The position numbers were made by a program, and so were the translations under genes. A DNA stretch of 64,000 nucleotides. It comes from Bacteroidetes bacterium HGW-Bacteroidetes-14 (GTDB lineage: Bacteria > Bacteroidota > Bacteroidia > Bacteroidales > UBA932). Shown piece after piece: positions 1 through 10,292 of the stretch (the first letter of the stretch is position 1; each line of letters begins with the position of its first letter). The stretch is taken from the NCBI GenBank assembly GCA_002842655.1, contig PHDP01000001.1, positions 1,247 through 65,246 of the forward strand, given 5' to 3'. A model generated the notes under the pieces. That model saw only the letters and a program-made list of their open reading frames with translations, was not told where the DNA came from and made no database searches.

Positions 1-228
1 AAGTTTGTAAAGAACTGGGACACCCCAATTCTTATTACCCACGGTGAGATGGACTACAGAGTTCCGGTAGATCAGGGAATGGCGGCCTTTAACGCAGCCA
101 AAGCACTTGGAGTACCTTCAGAGATGCTTCTGTTCCCTGGCGAAAACCACTGGATTCTAAAACCACAAAACAGTATTCAGTGGAACAGAGTCTATTTTGC
201 ATGGCTGGACAAATGGCTTAAGAATTAA
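1..228 (+). CDS. S9 family (prolyl oligopeptidase/DPP5-like) peptidase, C-terminal fragment (truncated by window start)
   Basis: Frame 1 reads KFVKNWDTPILITHGEMDYRVP...LLFPGENHWILKPQNS...WLDKWLKN*, carrying the catalytic Asp (HGExDxRV) and His (GENH) motifs of S9 peptidases; TAA at 226-228. Confidence 0.9.
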   Translation, partial: KFVKNWDTPILITHGEMDYRVPVDQGMAAFNAAKALGVPSEMLLFPGENHWILKPQNSIQWNRVYFAWLDKWLKN

Positions 229-246
229 TACCCCAACTTAATCAAT

Positions 247-3084
247 ATGAAAAAAACACTAATAATTGCGGCACTGCTGACTGTCACATCCCTGACATTT
301 GCCCAGAAAAAGCCGCTTGACCACTCTGTCTATGACGGGTGGAAAAGTATAAGCGGAGTTAATACCACAAATGATGGCAAATACTCTTTTTTTCAGGTTA
401 ATGCTCAGGAGGGAGACGGCTATCTGGTTTTCCTGAATAACCTTACTTTAACTAAGGACTCAATTGCAAGGGGAAGCTCTGCAAGAGTTACTGAAAACGA
501 TAAATTTGCAGTTTTTTCTATTAAACCGCTTTTTGCTCAGACAAAGGCTGCCAAACTGAAAAAGGCAAAACCTGACCAGATGCCAAAGGATACTCTGGCA
601 ATTTACAATATCACAACAAAAGAGATTAAGAAGATCTCTCACCTGAAGGGATTCAAGATGGGACGGTGGGCAAAAAATCATATGGCTTTTCAGACCACAC
701 CGCCCGCAGACACAGCTAAGTCAAAGAAACCGGTTAAAAAAGACAAGGACGAAGGAAGCGACCTTATGTTGTATACTTTTGCCACCAGGAAGACTGATAC
801 TCTTAAGTTTGTCTCTGATTATGAATTTTCAAGAGGCGGAGATACTCTCTTCTATGCACTCAGACCAAATTCAAAAGATTCGGTAAACAAGGCAGGTCTT
901 TATATGTACATTCCTTCAACAGGAGTTAAGACAGCAATGTTCAGCCACGACCTTAAGCAGAGCGTTAAGCTCCCTGAGGTGAGTGAAGACAACAGCAAAA
1001 TGGTCTTTTTTGCCAAACTTGACACCACAAAGAAATATAAGGATAAATACATTTCTGTACTTGAATACAGGGCATCATATCCACAGGCCAGGGTTATTCT
1101 TGACAACTCTTTAGAAGGACTTCCAAAAGAGATGAACATAAGCGAAAACAGATCGCTTCAGTTTAACAAGCAGGGGACAAGGCTTTTCTTTGGCATAGCT
1201 CCGGTTATGGCAGAAAAGGACACTACTGTTGCAGATTCAGAGGTTGCAAAACTCGATATCTGGCACTATGCAGAGCCATACAATCAGCCTATGCAGCTCC
1301 TCAACCTTTCAAGAGAACTTAAGAAAAGCTATCTGAGCAAAATTGAACTGGATGGTGAAAAGTCATTTGTTCAGCTTGGCAAAGAGGAGTACAGCCCTGT
1401 CGTTACAAAAGACTGGTCTTCAGATATTGCGTATGCTGTTTCTGATTATGAATACAGACTGGAATCGCAGTGGTCTGCAAACCCAAGAAGGGATCTTTAT
1501 GTGATTGATGTTAAAACAGGAAAAAGCACAAAGGTGATTACTGACAAGTACATGAGTAACTTTACATCTTCTCCTGACGGAAATTTCCTTGCATGGTACA
1601 ACAGTGCAGAGAAGCAGTGGTATACTTACGAATTTGCGACCGGAAATATTGTTAACATAACAAAGGGTCTCAATGTTTCTTTTGCCGACGAACTCCATGA
1701 CTCTCCTTCAATGGCATCATCTTATGGTCACGGCGGATGGGCAGAGGGAGACAAAGCTATCTTTGTTTATGACAGGTATGACATTTGGCAGCTGGACCCT
1801 GAAGGTGCAACTCCGGCCGTTAATTTTACAGACGGAATTGGAAGGAAAGAGCGGAAAACCTTCAGAATTACTGACCCTGAAAACACCGTTTCAATGCCAA
1901 TGGCAATGAGGGGTATGGGAGGCCCTTCTGAAGCTGTCAGCCTTAAGAAAACAATATACTTCACAGCATTTGACAATGTCTCAAAAAATAACGGTTACTA
2001 CTTTAAAGATTTATCAAAGAAGAAGCCGGTACTTACCAGATGGGTTCTTGAACCAGTTACGTTCTCTGCAATAAGCAAGGTTAAGAACATGAATACCGTT
2101 GCTTATGTGAAGGGTAACTTTACCACATCGCCTGAGGTATGGATTACAAAGGATAATTTCAAAACTCAATCCAGAATAACCGATATTAATCCTCAGCAAA
2201 GGGATTACAACTGGGGGACAGTTGAACTGGTTAAATGGACATCTGCAACAGGTATAGAACTTGAAGGTCTTCTCTACAAACCTGAGAATTTTGACCCTGC
2301 AAAGAAATATCCAATGATTGCCTATTTCTATGAAAGGAATTCTGACCTTCTGCATGCATACAGAGCACCTGCTCCGAGCCGTTCAACCATCAATATACCT
2401 TATTTCGTAAGTAATGAGTACATTGTTTTTGTACCGGATATTGCATACGAGATAGGGCATCCTGGAAAAAGTGCAATTGACTGCATAGTGCCGGGCGTAA
2501 AAATGCTTTGCCAGAACTCATGGATAGACAGCGAGAATGTTGCTATACAGGGACAGAGCTGGGGAGGTTATCAGGTTGCATACATGGTTACTCAGCCTCA
2601 GACCTTCAAATGGAAAGCAGCTGGCGCCGGAGCCCCTGTTGCCAACATGACTAGTGCATACGGAGGAATCCGATGGGGCTCGGGAATGGTGAGACAGTTT
2701 CAGTATGAGCACACCCAGAGCCGTATTGGAAAGACTCCGTGGGAGGCACTGGATCTCTATATTGAAAACTCTCCGCTTTTCTTTGCCGATAAAGTTGAGA
2801 CTCCACTACTCATCATGCACAATGATGCAGACGATGCAGTTCCATGGTACCAGGGAATTGAGTACTTCACTGCACTCAAGCGTCTGGGCAAACCAGCATG
2901 GCTGCTTCAGTACAACAAAGAGGTACATAACCTGGCCGGCAGGGTAAATGCAAAGGACCTCAGCATTAGGCTTGCCCAGTTCTTTGATCACTATCTTAAG
3001 GGCGCACCAATGCCTGTATGGATGAAGTACGGAGTACCGGCAACATCAAAGGGCATTGACTGGGGTTATGAGCTTGTAAAATAA
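247..3084 (+). CDS. S9 family peptidase (secreted; beta-propeller plus alpha/beta hydrolase domain)
   Basis: Signal peptide; GQSWGG nucleophile motif, HNDADDAV (Asp) and EVHNL (His). Confidence 0.92.
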   Translation: MKKTLIIAALLTVTSLTFAQKKPLDHSVYDGWKSISGVNTTNDGKYSFFQVNAQEGDGYLVFLNNLTLTKDSIARGSSARVTENDKFAVFSIKPLFAQTKAAKLKKAKPDQMPKDTLAIYNITTKEIKKISHLKGFKMGRWAKNHMAFQTTPPADTAKSKKPVKKDKDEGSDLMLYTFATRKTDTLKFVSDYEFSRGGDTLFYALRPNSKDSVNKAGLYMYIPSTGVKTAMFSHDLKQSVKLPEVSEDNSKMVFFAKLDTTKKYKDKYISVLEYRASYPQARVILDNSLEGLPKEMNISENRSLQFNKQGTRLFFGIAPVMAEKDTTVADSEVAKLDIWHYAEPYNQPMQLLNLSRELKKSYLSKIELDGEKSFVQLGKEEYSPVVTKDWSSDIAYAVSDYEYRLESQWSANPRRDLYVIDVKTGKSTKVITDKYMSNFTSSPDGNFLAWYNSAEKQWYTYEFATGNIVNITKGLNVSFADELHDSPSMASSYGHGGWAEGDKAIFVYDRYDIWQLDPEGATPAVNFTDGIGRKERKTFRITDPENTVSMPMAMRGMGGPSEAVSLKKTIYFTAFDNVSKNNGYYFKDLSKKKPVLTRWVLEPVTFSAISKVKNMNTVAYVKGNFTTSPEVWITKDNFKTQSRITDINPQQRDYNWGTVELVKWTSATGIELEGLLYKPENFDPAKKYPMIAYFYERNSDLLHAYRAPAPSRSTINIPYFVSNEYIVFVPDIAYEIGHPGKSAIDCIVPGVKMLCQNSWIDSENVAIQGQSWGGYQVAYMVTQPQTFKWKAAGAGAPVANMTSAYGGIRWGSGMVRQFQYEHTQSRIGKTPWEALDLYIENSPLFFADKVETPLLIMHNDADDAVPWYQGIEYFTALKRLGKPAWLLQYNKEVHNLAGRVNAKDLSIRLAQFFDHYLKGAPMPVWMKYGVPATSKGIDWGYELVK

Positions 3085-3128
3085 TAGTTTAGACTGCATA
3101 AAGCAGTTCGATGAAATATTATTCCAAT

Positions 3129-3164
3129 AAAACACAAACCTGTTGTTCGGGTTTGTGTTTTTTT
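3129..3164 (+). terminator. Rho-independent terminator after the S9 peptidase
   Basis: AAAACACAAACC-loop-GGTTTGTGTTTT stem followed by a T run. Confidence 0.8.
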
Positions 3165-3166
3165 AT

Positions 3167-3174
3167 TAAATTTG
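3167..3174 (+). promoter_or_regulatory. Bacteroidota -7 promoter box (TAAATTTG) for the first histidine kinase
   Basis: Exact TAnnTTTG match just after the terminator, ending 21 nt before ATG 3196; argues against the TTG start at 3172. Confidence 0.65.
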
Positions 3175-3195
3175 CCTGAACTAGAATTAGTTGAT

Positions 3196-6100
3196 ATGAA
3201 GTTTCCGATTCTTTCTCATAAAAATGCTGCCATCCTGTTGCTGAGTCTCTTTCTTGCACTGGAGTCCTGCCACTCTGGCACAGATTATAACCAGAAAAAA
3301 GTTGAACTTCCGGGAGTAGCTGAAGTATCAGGGTATAAGATATCTGCAGATAGTATAATAATGCCAGAGAGTGTTGAGGCGGGTGCTCCGTACATAGTAT
3401 CAGTGGGCCAGCTGAAAGAGACAATTGCTGAGACAAATATCAAACTAGCAGGGAAACCGGAGACTCTGTTAATTGGCAAACCTGTTACCAAAGTTGTTGG
3501 CAGTGACAGCACATTAAAACCTTTGATAACTGTTCCTGCTGAAAAGCCTGTCTTTTGCAAGGCTCCGGAACAGATACTTGCAAAGGATGCATATATAAAA
3601 GATATTAATCCTCATAATTTCAGCAGCTATAGTAAACTTCAGGGGCTCAGACATGATCAGGTAAGAGCCCTCATAGAGGATAATCTGGGAAATCTTTGGC
3701 TTGGAACTGATGACGGGCTTACCAGATTTGACGGGAAATACTTTTCTCACTACACTACAGAACAGGGGCTTAATAACAATCTTATTCTTTCTCTTATTCA
3801 AGACTCAAAAGGCAATATCTGGTTCGGGACCTTCCGCGGAGGAGTTACCCGCTATGATGGCATGAATCTTACTACATTCTCTGTGGAATCTGGTTTGCCA
3901 AGCGACATAGTAAACAGCATTTTTGAGGACAATACCGGCAAGATCTGGTTTGGCACCGGCGGCGGAGTTTCAGTTTATGATGGTAAATACATAACCACTT
4001 ATACTAAAGATCAGGGATTATCCGGGATTGATGTAAGAGCTATAAATCAGGATTCAGCCGGCAGAATCTGGATTGCATCCAACGGAGGCGGATTGTCGGT
4101 TTTTGATGGCAAGTCATTTACCTGCTATACAGAAAAAGATGGTTTTGCCAATAATTTTACTGCAGCTCTGTACAGGGACAAGGCAGGCAATATGTGGATT
4201 GGGGCTACAAATTCGGGAATAATAAAATTTGACGGATCCTCCTTTATTCACTATACCAAACAGACAGGACTGGGAAGCAATTCAATCAGAACTATCCTGG
4301 AAGACAATTCGGGGAACATGTGGTTTGGAACAACCGATGCCGGACTCACAAAATTTGACGGGAAATTTTTTCATCAGTTCAATATGAAGGAGGGGCTGGG
4401 ATCTGACTATATCAGAAGTTCCCTGCAGGACTCCAACGGAAATATCTGGTTTGGGACAAGAATGGCCGGGCTTACAAGATATGAGGGAAACAAGTTCACA
4501 CACATGACCGAGAATGAGGGGCTGAGTAATAACAGAGTAATGAATATTCTGGAAGACAATGAGGGTAAAATGTGGTTTGCGACATTTGGAGGATATGCTA
4601 CAGTTATTACATCTAAAGAGATAGACAGTGTCAAAAGGAAGGTCATTAAAGTATTCGGGCGGGAAGAGGGACTGAGAAGCAGCAGAATCTACAGTATACT
4701 CCAGGACCATTCAGGTAATATATGGTTTGGAACTGACGGCGGAGGGGTTACAATGTTTGATGGTAAAAAAACATATACCTACACTAAAGAACAGGGCCTG
4801 GCAGATGATGCCATTCGTACGGTATTTCAGGACAATGACGGTAAAATGTGGTTTGCGACATATGGTTCCGGTATTTCAATTTTTGACGGCAAAAGGTTTA
4901 CGAACTTCACCGTCGCAAATGGTTTGAGCAGTAACAATATTCTCTCTATGTTCCAGGACAGCAGGGGTGTTATATGGCTTGGAACAGACGGCGGAGGAGT
5001 AATGACATATAAAAATGACACTCTTACCCACTTTACAACAAAACAGAACTTTTTCAGTAATACTGTTTACAGCATAGCAGAAGATAAACACGGAGATATA
5101 TGGCTTGGCACAGGAGGAGAGGGACTTGTGAGATATGACGGAAAAAAATTTACCAGATATGCAGAAGAGAGCGGTCTCAACAATAATCATGTTCTGAGCA
5201 TGATTATTGGCAAGTACGGAAATATATGGGCAGGGACAAGATTCGGACTTAATTTTATTCATTATCAGGACATAAGTGAGGCAAAAGATAGTTTAAGACC
5301 ATTACACATTGCAAGCTATAACTTTGAAGATGGATTCATAGGAATTGGGTGCAACCTAGACGCAATTGGCGGTCAGAGTGATGGAACAATGTGGATTGGA
5401 ACAACCGACAGATTAACTGCCTATCATGGCAAAAAGGATAAACAAAAATCAGTTGAGCCAAATTTGCAGATTACCGGACTGCAGCTGTTTCACGAAGATA
5501 TTCCATGGTCTTTGCTAAACGGGAATAAGGACACTTCTCTTACTCTTCATAACGGGGTTAAGGTTGGAAAACTGAATTTCAGTTCAATTTCAAGATGGTA
5601 CGGACTGCCAAAAGACCTTAAGCTCTCATACAAACATAATTATCTGAGTTTTAATTACATTGGCATAACACAGTCACAGATAAATAAAGTAGTTTATGAC
5701 TATATGCTGGAGGGCCTTGACAAGAGATGGAGTGCACATACTACCAGAACTGAGGCTACTTATGGTAACCTCTCACCCGGAAAATACACATTTAAAGTAA
5801 GGGTTATATCTCAGGACGGAACTCCTGGAAAAGAGGTAAGCTATAAATTTTCAATAAGACCTCCATGGTGGAAAACCTGGACATTCTATGTGATTCTGGC
5901 AGGGTTTATTGTCTTCCTTATTTTCATGCTGATAAGACAACGTGAACGCAGCCTGAAGTATGACAAGCAGCTGCTTGAGAAGAAGGTGAGTGAACAGACA
6001 TCTGAACTTACCCAGAAAAATCAGGAACTTCAGATGACAAATCTGGAAAAGGACAAACTATTTTCGATTATTGCACATGACCTGAGAGGGCCATTCAGCA

Positions 6101-6723
6101 GTTTTCTGGGGCTGACTCAGATTATGTCCGAGGAGCTCTCATCGTTTACGATGGATGAGATTAAATCCTTTGCAGAAAACATGAATAATTCTGCCCGACA
6201 TCTCTTCAGCTTGCTGGAAAATCTGCTTCAGTGGTCAAGAATGCAGCAGGGGGCAATATCTTTCAGGCCTCAGTCTGTTTTATTAAGTTCTGTAACTCAT
6301 GACAATATGGGCTGGCTCACTCAGTCTGCACAGGAAAAAGAGATTACTCTTGCTATCAATATTCCAAAAGATATGAGCGTTGTGGCAGACATTAACATGC
6401 TTCAGACTGTTATAAGAAATCTTGTTTCCAACGCAATAAAGTTCACCCCCAAAGGTGGAAAAGTCACCCTCTCTGCAAGAGATGCACGCGAGAATATTGA
6501 AATTTCAGTCAAAGACAGTGGAATTGGAATGAATGATGAGATTCAGTCAAATCTTTTCAAATTAAAGACCGCAATTGGTCGTTCGGGAACCGAGGGAGAA
6601 CCAAGTACCGGTCTGGGCCTGATGATTTGTAAAGAGCTGGTTGAACTTCACGGAGGAGAAATCGTTGTAATATCTTCTGAAGGAAAGGGTTCCGAATTCA
6701 TAGTAAAGATTCCTGTCAGATAA
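3196..6723 (+). CDS. Sensor histidine kinase: 14 Reg_prop propeller blades, Y_Y_Y domain, TM helix, HisKA/HATPase (no receiver domain)
   Basis: Fourteen GLxxxxIxxIxxDxxGxIWxGT repeats; YxLEGLD...YGNLSPGKYTFKV (Y_Y_Y); PPWW plus TM helix; H-box AHDLRGP, N-box NLVSNAIKF, G boxes. Start placed at ATG 3196 (MKFPIL). Confidence 0.9.
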   Translation: MKFPILSHKNAAILLLSLFLALESCHSGTDYNQKKVELPGVAEVSGYKISADSIIMPESVEAGAPYIVSVGQLKETIAETNIKLAGKPETLLIGKPVTKVVGSDSTLKPLITVPAEKPVFCKAPEQILAKDAYIKDINPHNFSSYSKLQGLRHDQVRALIEDNLGNLWLGTDDGLTRFDGKYFSHYTTEQGLNNNLILSLIQDSKGNIWFGTFRGGVTRYDGMNLTTFSVESGLPSDIVNSIFEDNTGKIWFGTGGGVSVYDGKYITTYTKDQGLSGIDVRAINQDSAGRIWIASNGGGLSVFDGKSFTCYTEKDGFANNFTAALYRDKAGNMWIGATNSGIIKFDGSSFIHYTKQTGLGSNSIRTILEDNSGNMWFGTTDAGLTKFDGKFFHQFNMKEGLGSDYIRSSLQDSNGNIWFGTRMAGLTRYEGNKFTHMTENEGLSNNRVMNILEDNEGKMWFATFGGYATVITSKEIDSVKRKVIKVFGREEGLRSSRIYSILQDHSGNIWFGTDGGGVTMFDGKKTYTYTKEQGLADDAIRTVFQDNDGKMWFATYGSGISIFDGKRFTNFTVANGLSSNNILSMFQDSRGVIWLGTDGGGVMTYKNDTLTHFTTKQNFFSNTVYSIAEDKHGDIWLGTGGEGLVRYDGKKFTRYAEESGLNNNHVLSMIIGKYGNIWAGTRFGLNFIHYQDISEAKDSLRPLHIASYNFEDGFIGIGCNLDAIGGQSDGTMWIGTTDRLTAYHGKKDKQKSVEPNLQITGLQLFHEDIPWSLLNGNKDTSLTLHNGVKVGKLNFSSISRWYGLPKDLKLSYKHNYLSFNYIGITQSQINKVVYDYMLEGLDKRWSAHTTRTEATYGNLSPGKYTFKVRVISQDGTPGKEVSYKFSIRPPWWKTWTFYVILAGFIVFLIFMLIRQRERSLKYDKQLLEKKVSEQTSELTQKNQELQMTNLEKDKLFSIIAHDLRGPFSSFLGLTQIMSEELSSFTMDEIKSFAENMNNSARHLFSLLENLLQWSRMQQGAISFRPQSVLLSSVTHDNMGWLTQSAQEKEITLAINIPKDMSVVADINMLQTVIRNLVSNAIKFTPKGGKVTLSARDARENIEISVKDSGIGMNDEIQSNLFKLKTAIGRSGTEGEPSTGLGLMICKELVELHGGEIVVISSEGKGSEFIVKIPVR

Positions 6724-6747
6724 TTTCCAACACACAGTAAATGATTT

Positions 6748-9700
6748 ATGAGTCGACTATCTGCAGCATATTACCGCAACACGTTTTATTGTACAATAAT
6801 TATCTCTGTACTTATCTCCTGTACAGGGAACGATAATACTCAGTCTCTTCCTGCAGGCGATGCTCAGGTTGTTAAAGCAGAAGGATATATAGTTCCCAAA
6901 GACAGTATTCTACCTCCTGAAGTAACAGCAGCAGGCAAACCATCAGGTACTGTTGTTGGCAGAATAGCATCTCCCGGAAGATCTCTTACTGCGCATCAGG
7001 CTTTCATTCCAAAAAGAATTGAGATGAAAGAGCCTGTTATCAGGACTATTGGAAAGAATGGTATGAGGCCTCCTCAGGTGTTACCGGCCAGAGGAGTGAA
7101 AAAAGTTTGTGAACTACCGGAAAAGGTACTGGTTAAAGAGCCCTACTTCAAGGATGTAAATCCATCCAATTTTTTCTATTTTGGTAAACAGCAGGGATTA
7201 AGACATGACCAGATAAGATGTATGATTCAGGATAAACTGGGCAACATCTGGCTGGGGACAGACAACGGGCTTACTAAGTATGATGGCAAGCACTATTATC
7301 ACTACACAATATCTCAGGGCCTGAATCACAATGTAATAATGTCTCTTTTCCAGGATTCTGAAGGGAACATCTGGTTTAGCACATTTGAAGGCGGTGTAAC
7401 AAAATTTGATGGAATCTATTTAACCACTTACACAACAGACAGCGGACTTCCATATAACATAGTAAACAGCATTTTTGAGGACAGCACTGGTTCGCTTTGG
7501 TTTGGGACAAAAAGGGGTCTGGCAAAATTTGACGGCGAAAATTTTACAATTTTCAGAAAAAGCGAAGGGTTGCCATCAAGTGATATCAGGGATATGATTC
7601 TTGATGATAACGGAAGAATGTGGATTGCAACATATGGCGGGGGTGTATCTGTATATGACGGTGCAACTTTCACAAACTATACAGATGACCAGGGTCTGCC
7701 TCAGAATCTGATTTTTACTCTTTTCAAGGATATTGACGGCAATATTTGGATAAGCACCTCTTATGCCGGACTGGTAAAATTTGACGGAAAGAACTTTTAT
7801 CATTACACTGTAAAGGAGGGTCTGGGCAGCAACTCTGTAAGAACTATTGTCCAGGACGAAAATGAAAATTACTGGTTTGGGAATGGTGCCGGGACAATCA
7901 CTCGTTTTGACGGAAACTCTTTCAGAATACTGGGCAAAGAGGACGGGCTTGTGGCTGAGTCTATGCGATGTTCAATAATTGACATTAACGGAAACATGTG
8001 GTTTGGTACACGCGGTGCGGGACTCATTCGCTTTGACGGAGTTATCTTTAGTCATCTTACACAGGGTGAAGGTTTGAGTAACAACCGGGTTGTAAGTATG
8101 CTCGAGGACAGGTATGGTAATATCTGGCTTGGCACTTACGGCGGATATGTAACAATATACACAGAAAGCGAAGAAGATGGGATATCCAGAACTGAATTTA
8201 AAAAATTCGGCAAAGCTCAGGGTCTCCAGGACGGATATATCTTCTCCATGACATCTGACAAAAACGGAAATATCTGGTTCGGGACAGATATGAGAGGACT
8301 TGCTGTTTACGACGGGAGCAGCACATACACATATACAACTGCGCAGGGCCTCGTGAACAACAGTATTAACACTGTTTATGAAGACCGGCTTGGAAATATC
8401 TGGATAGCTAACTTTTTTGCCGGAGTAACAAAATTTGACGGAAAAAACTTTGTTCACTTTACTAAGAAACAGGGCTTGATTCACAATCAAATAATTTCAA
8501 TTCTTCATGACAGCAGGGATAACTACTGGTTTGGAAGTGTTGGTGGAGGTCTTACATCATATGACGGTAAAACATTTACACATTACAGTAAAGAAACCGG
8601 GTTCCCCGGAAACATCGTTTCAGCTATAGTTGAAGACAGAGAGGGAGTAATATGGTTTGGCACAGATGCCGGTATAGTCAGATTTGACGGACAATCTTTT
8701 ATCACATACGGCGAGGAGAGCGGCCTGCGAAATGTTAAGGTTATGAGTCTTTTGCTGGATAATGCGGGGAATCTCTGGGCAGGAACCAGGCAGGGACTCC
8801 ATGTTATTAAAAGAAGATACCTTGAGAGAATTGACACAGTAAATAAAGATGTTTACATAAACAGCTACGATGTTGAGGACGGATTTCTGGGTGCCGACTG
8901 TAATGCCGGGGCGCTGCTTCAGAGCTCAGGAGGAACAATCTGGATTGGGACCATGGACAGATTAACTGCATTTCACGGAGATAATTACTCATCTGTCTCA
9001 ATTCCGCCAAATATTAAAATAACAGGAATCCAGCTCTTTAATGAAGAGATCCCATGGCCGGAAATTGCTGAGAATATGGACACAACCATTCAGCTTCATA
9101 ATGGTGTAAGGATAGATCATTTTAAATTTAAAGAACTTGAAAAGTGGTACTCTTTGCCGGTAAAGCTTAAGCTTTCGCACAACCATAACTATATCACAAT
9201 AAACTATATCGGGATTACCCACTCTCAAATGGCAAATGTCCGTTACCAGTATAAGCTGGAAGGACTTGACAAGGACTGGAACATGCCAACAGAGAGAACA
9301 GAGGTTTCTTACGGCAATCTCAATCCCGGCAAATACGAGTTCCGGGTTAAAGCGGTTTCCGGAGATGGCGAGATGAGTGATGAAGCCTCATACTCATTCA
9401 CTGTAAAACCACCCTGGTGGAATACATGGTGGTTCTATATACTGGCAGTTATAGCTGCGGCATCTCTGTTCTATACTTTTGTAAAACGGAGGGAGTATCA
9501 GCTTAATGCAGACAGAGAGCTGCTCCAGAAGAAGGTAGATGCCCAGACATCTGAACTTACAGATAAAAACACAGAGCTTCACAAACTTAATCTGGAGAAG
9601 GATAAACTATTCTCAATTATTGCTCATGACCTCAGAGGACCGTTCAGCAGTTTCATTGGTCTCACAAGGCTCATGGCAGATGACCTGGATATCTTTACCA

Positions 9701-10272
9701 AGGATCAAATCAGAGAATTTGCAGAGAAGATGAATAACTCTGCAAGCAATTTGTATAACCTGCTTGAGAATTTACTGCAATGGTCAAGAATGCAGCAGGG
9801 AACTATTCCGTTCAATCCTAAACCGCAAAATCTGCTGGCTATTACTTCAGAGAACATGGAGTGGATTAATCAGTATGCCCGTGAGAAGAACATTGCTTTC
9901 ACAGTTGATATTCCTGAAAAACTTGTAGTGACGGCAGACAGTAATATGCTTCAGACAATAATCAGAAATCTTGTTTCTAATGCAATTAAATTTACACCGG
10001 GAGGAGGTTTTGTAACCCTCTCGGCAAAGTCAAAACCTAAGCGCAAGGTAGAGATTGTAATCGCAGACAATGGTATTGGAATGGAGAGGGAGATGATTGA
10101 GAATCTCTTTAAAATCAATATTGAAACAGGTCGTGCAGGTACAAACGGAGAACCAAGTACCGGTCTGGGGCTACTGATATGCAAGGAGTTTATTGAGAGA
10201 CACAACGGGACATTGGAGGTTGAATCAGAAAAGGAAAAAGGGTCACGCTTTATCGTAACCCTTCCTCTGTGA
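6748..10272 (+). CDS. Sensor histidine kinase, tandem paralog of 3196-6723
   Basis: Same architecture; identical H-box (FSIIAHDLRGPFSSF) and N-box. Confidence 0.9.
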   Translation: MSRLSAAYYRNTFYCTIIISVLISCTGNDNTQSLPAGDAQVVKAEGYIVPKDSILPPEVTAAGKPSGTVVGRIASPGRSLTAHQAFIPKRIEMKEPVIRTIGKNGMRPPQVLPARGVKKVCELPEKVLVKEPYFKDVNPSNFFYFGKQQGLRHDQIRCMIQDKLGNIWLGTDNGLTKYDGKHYYHYTISQGLNHNVIMSLFQDSEGNIWFSTFEGGVTKFDGIYLTTYTTDSGLPYNIVNSIFEDSTGSLWFGTKRGLAKFDGENFTIFRKSEGLPSSDIRDMILDDNGRMWIATYGGGVSVYDGATFTNYTDDQGLPQNLIFTLFKDIDGNIWISTSYAGLVKFDGKNFYHYTVKEGLGSNSVRTIVQDENENYWFGNGAGTITRFDGNSFRILGKEDGLVAESMRCSIIDINGNMWFGTRGAGLIRFDGVIFSHLTQGEGLSNNRVVSMLEDRYGNIWLGTYGGYVTIYTESEEDGISRTEFKKFGKAQGLQDGYIFSMTSDKNGNIWFGTDMRGLAVYDGSSTYTYTTAQGLVNNSINTVYEDRLGNIWIANFFAGVTKFDGKNFVHFTKKQGLIHNQIISILHDSRDNYWFGSVGGGLTSYDGKTFTHYSKETGFPGNIVSAIVEDREGVIWFGTDAGIVRFDGQSFITYGEESGLRNVKVMSLLLDNAGNLWAGTRQGLHVIKRRYLERIDTVNKDVYINSYDVEDGFLGADCNAGALLQSSGGTIWIGTMDRLTAFHGDNYSSVSIPPNIKITGIQLFNEEIPWPEIAENMDTTIQLHNGVRIDHFKFKELEKWYSLPVKLKLSHNHNYITINYIGITHSQMANVRYQYKLEGLDKDWNMPTERTEVSYGNLNPGKYEFRVKAVSGDGEMSDEASYSFTVKPPWWNTWWFYILAVIAAASLFYTFVKRREYQLNADRELLQKKVDAQTSELTDKNTELHKLNLEKDKLFSIIAHDLRGPFSSFIGLTRLMADDLDIFTKDQIREFAEKMNNSASNLYNLLENLLQWSRMQQGTIPFNPKPQNLLAITSENMEWINQYAREKNIAFTVDIPEKLVVTADSNMLQTIIRNLVSNAIKFTPGGGFVTLSAKSKPKRKVEIVIADNGIGMEREMIENLFKINIETGRAGTNGEPSTGLGLLICKEFIERHNGTLEVESEKEKGSRFIVTLPL

Positions 10273-10292
10273 GTATTGCACTTCTGAATCTG

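Noticed and set aside
3172-3195. TTG start given by the ORF track for the first kinase
   Set aside because: It overlaps the TAAATTTG promoter box; ATG 3196 gives a proper signal peptide.
3640-8960. Recurrent roughly 130-nt periodic motifs (e.g. ATCTGGTTTGG, TTTGACGG) as a possible CRISPR or DNA repeat array
   Set aside because: They are degenerate and in-frame, and are explained by protein propeller-blade repeats.
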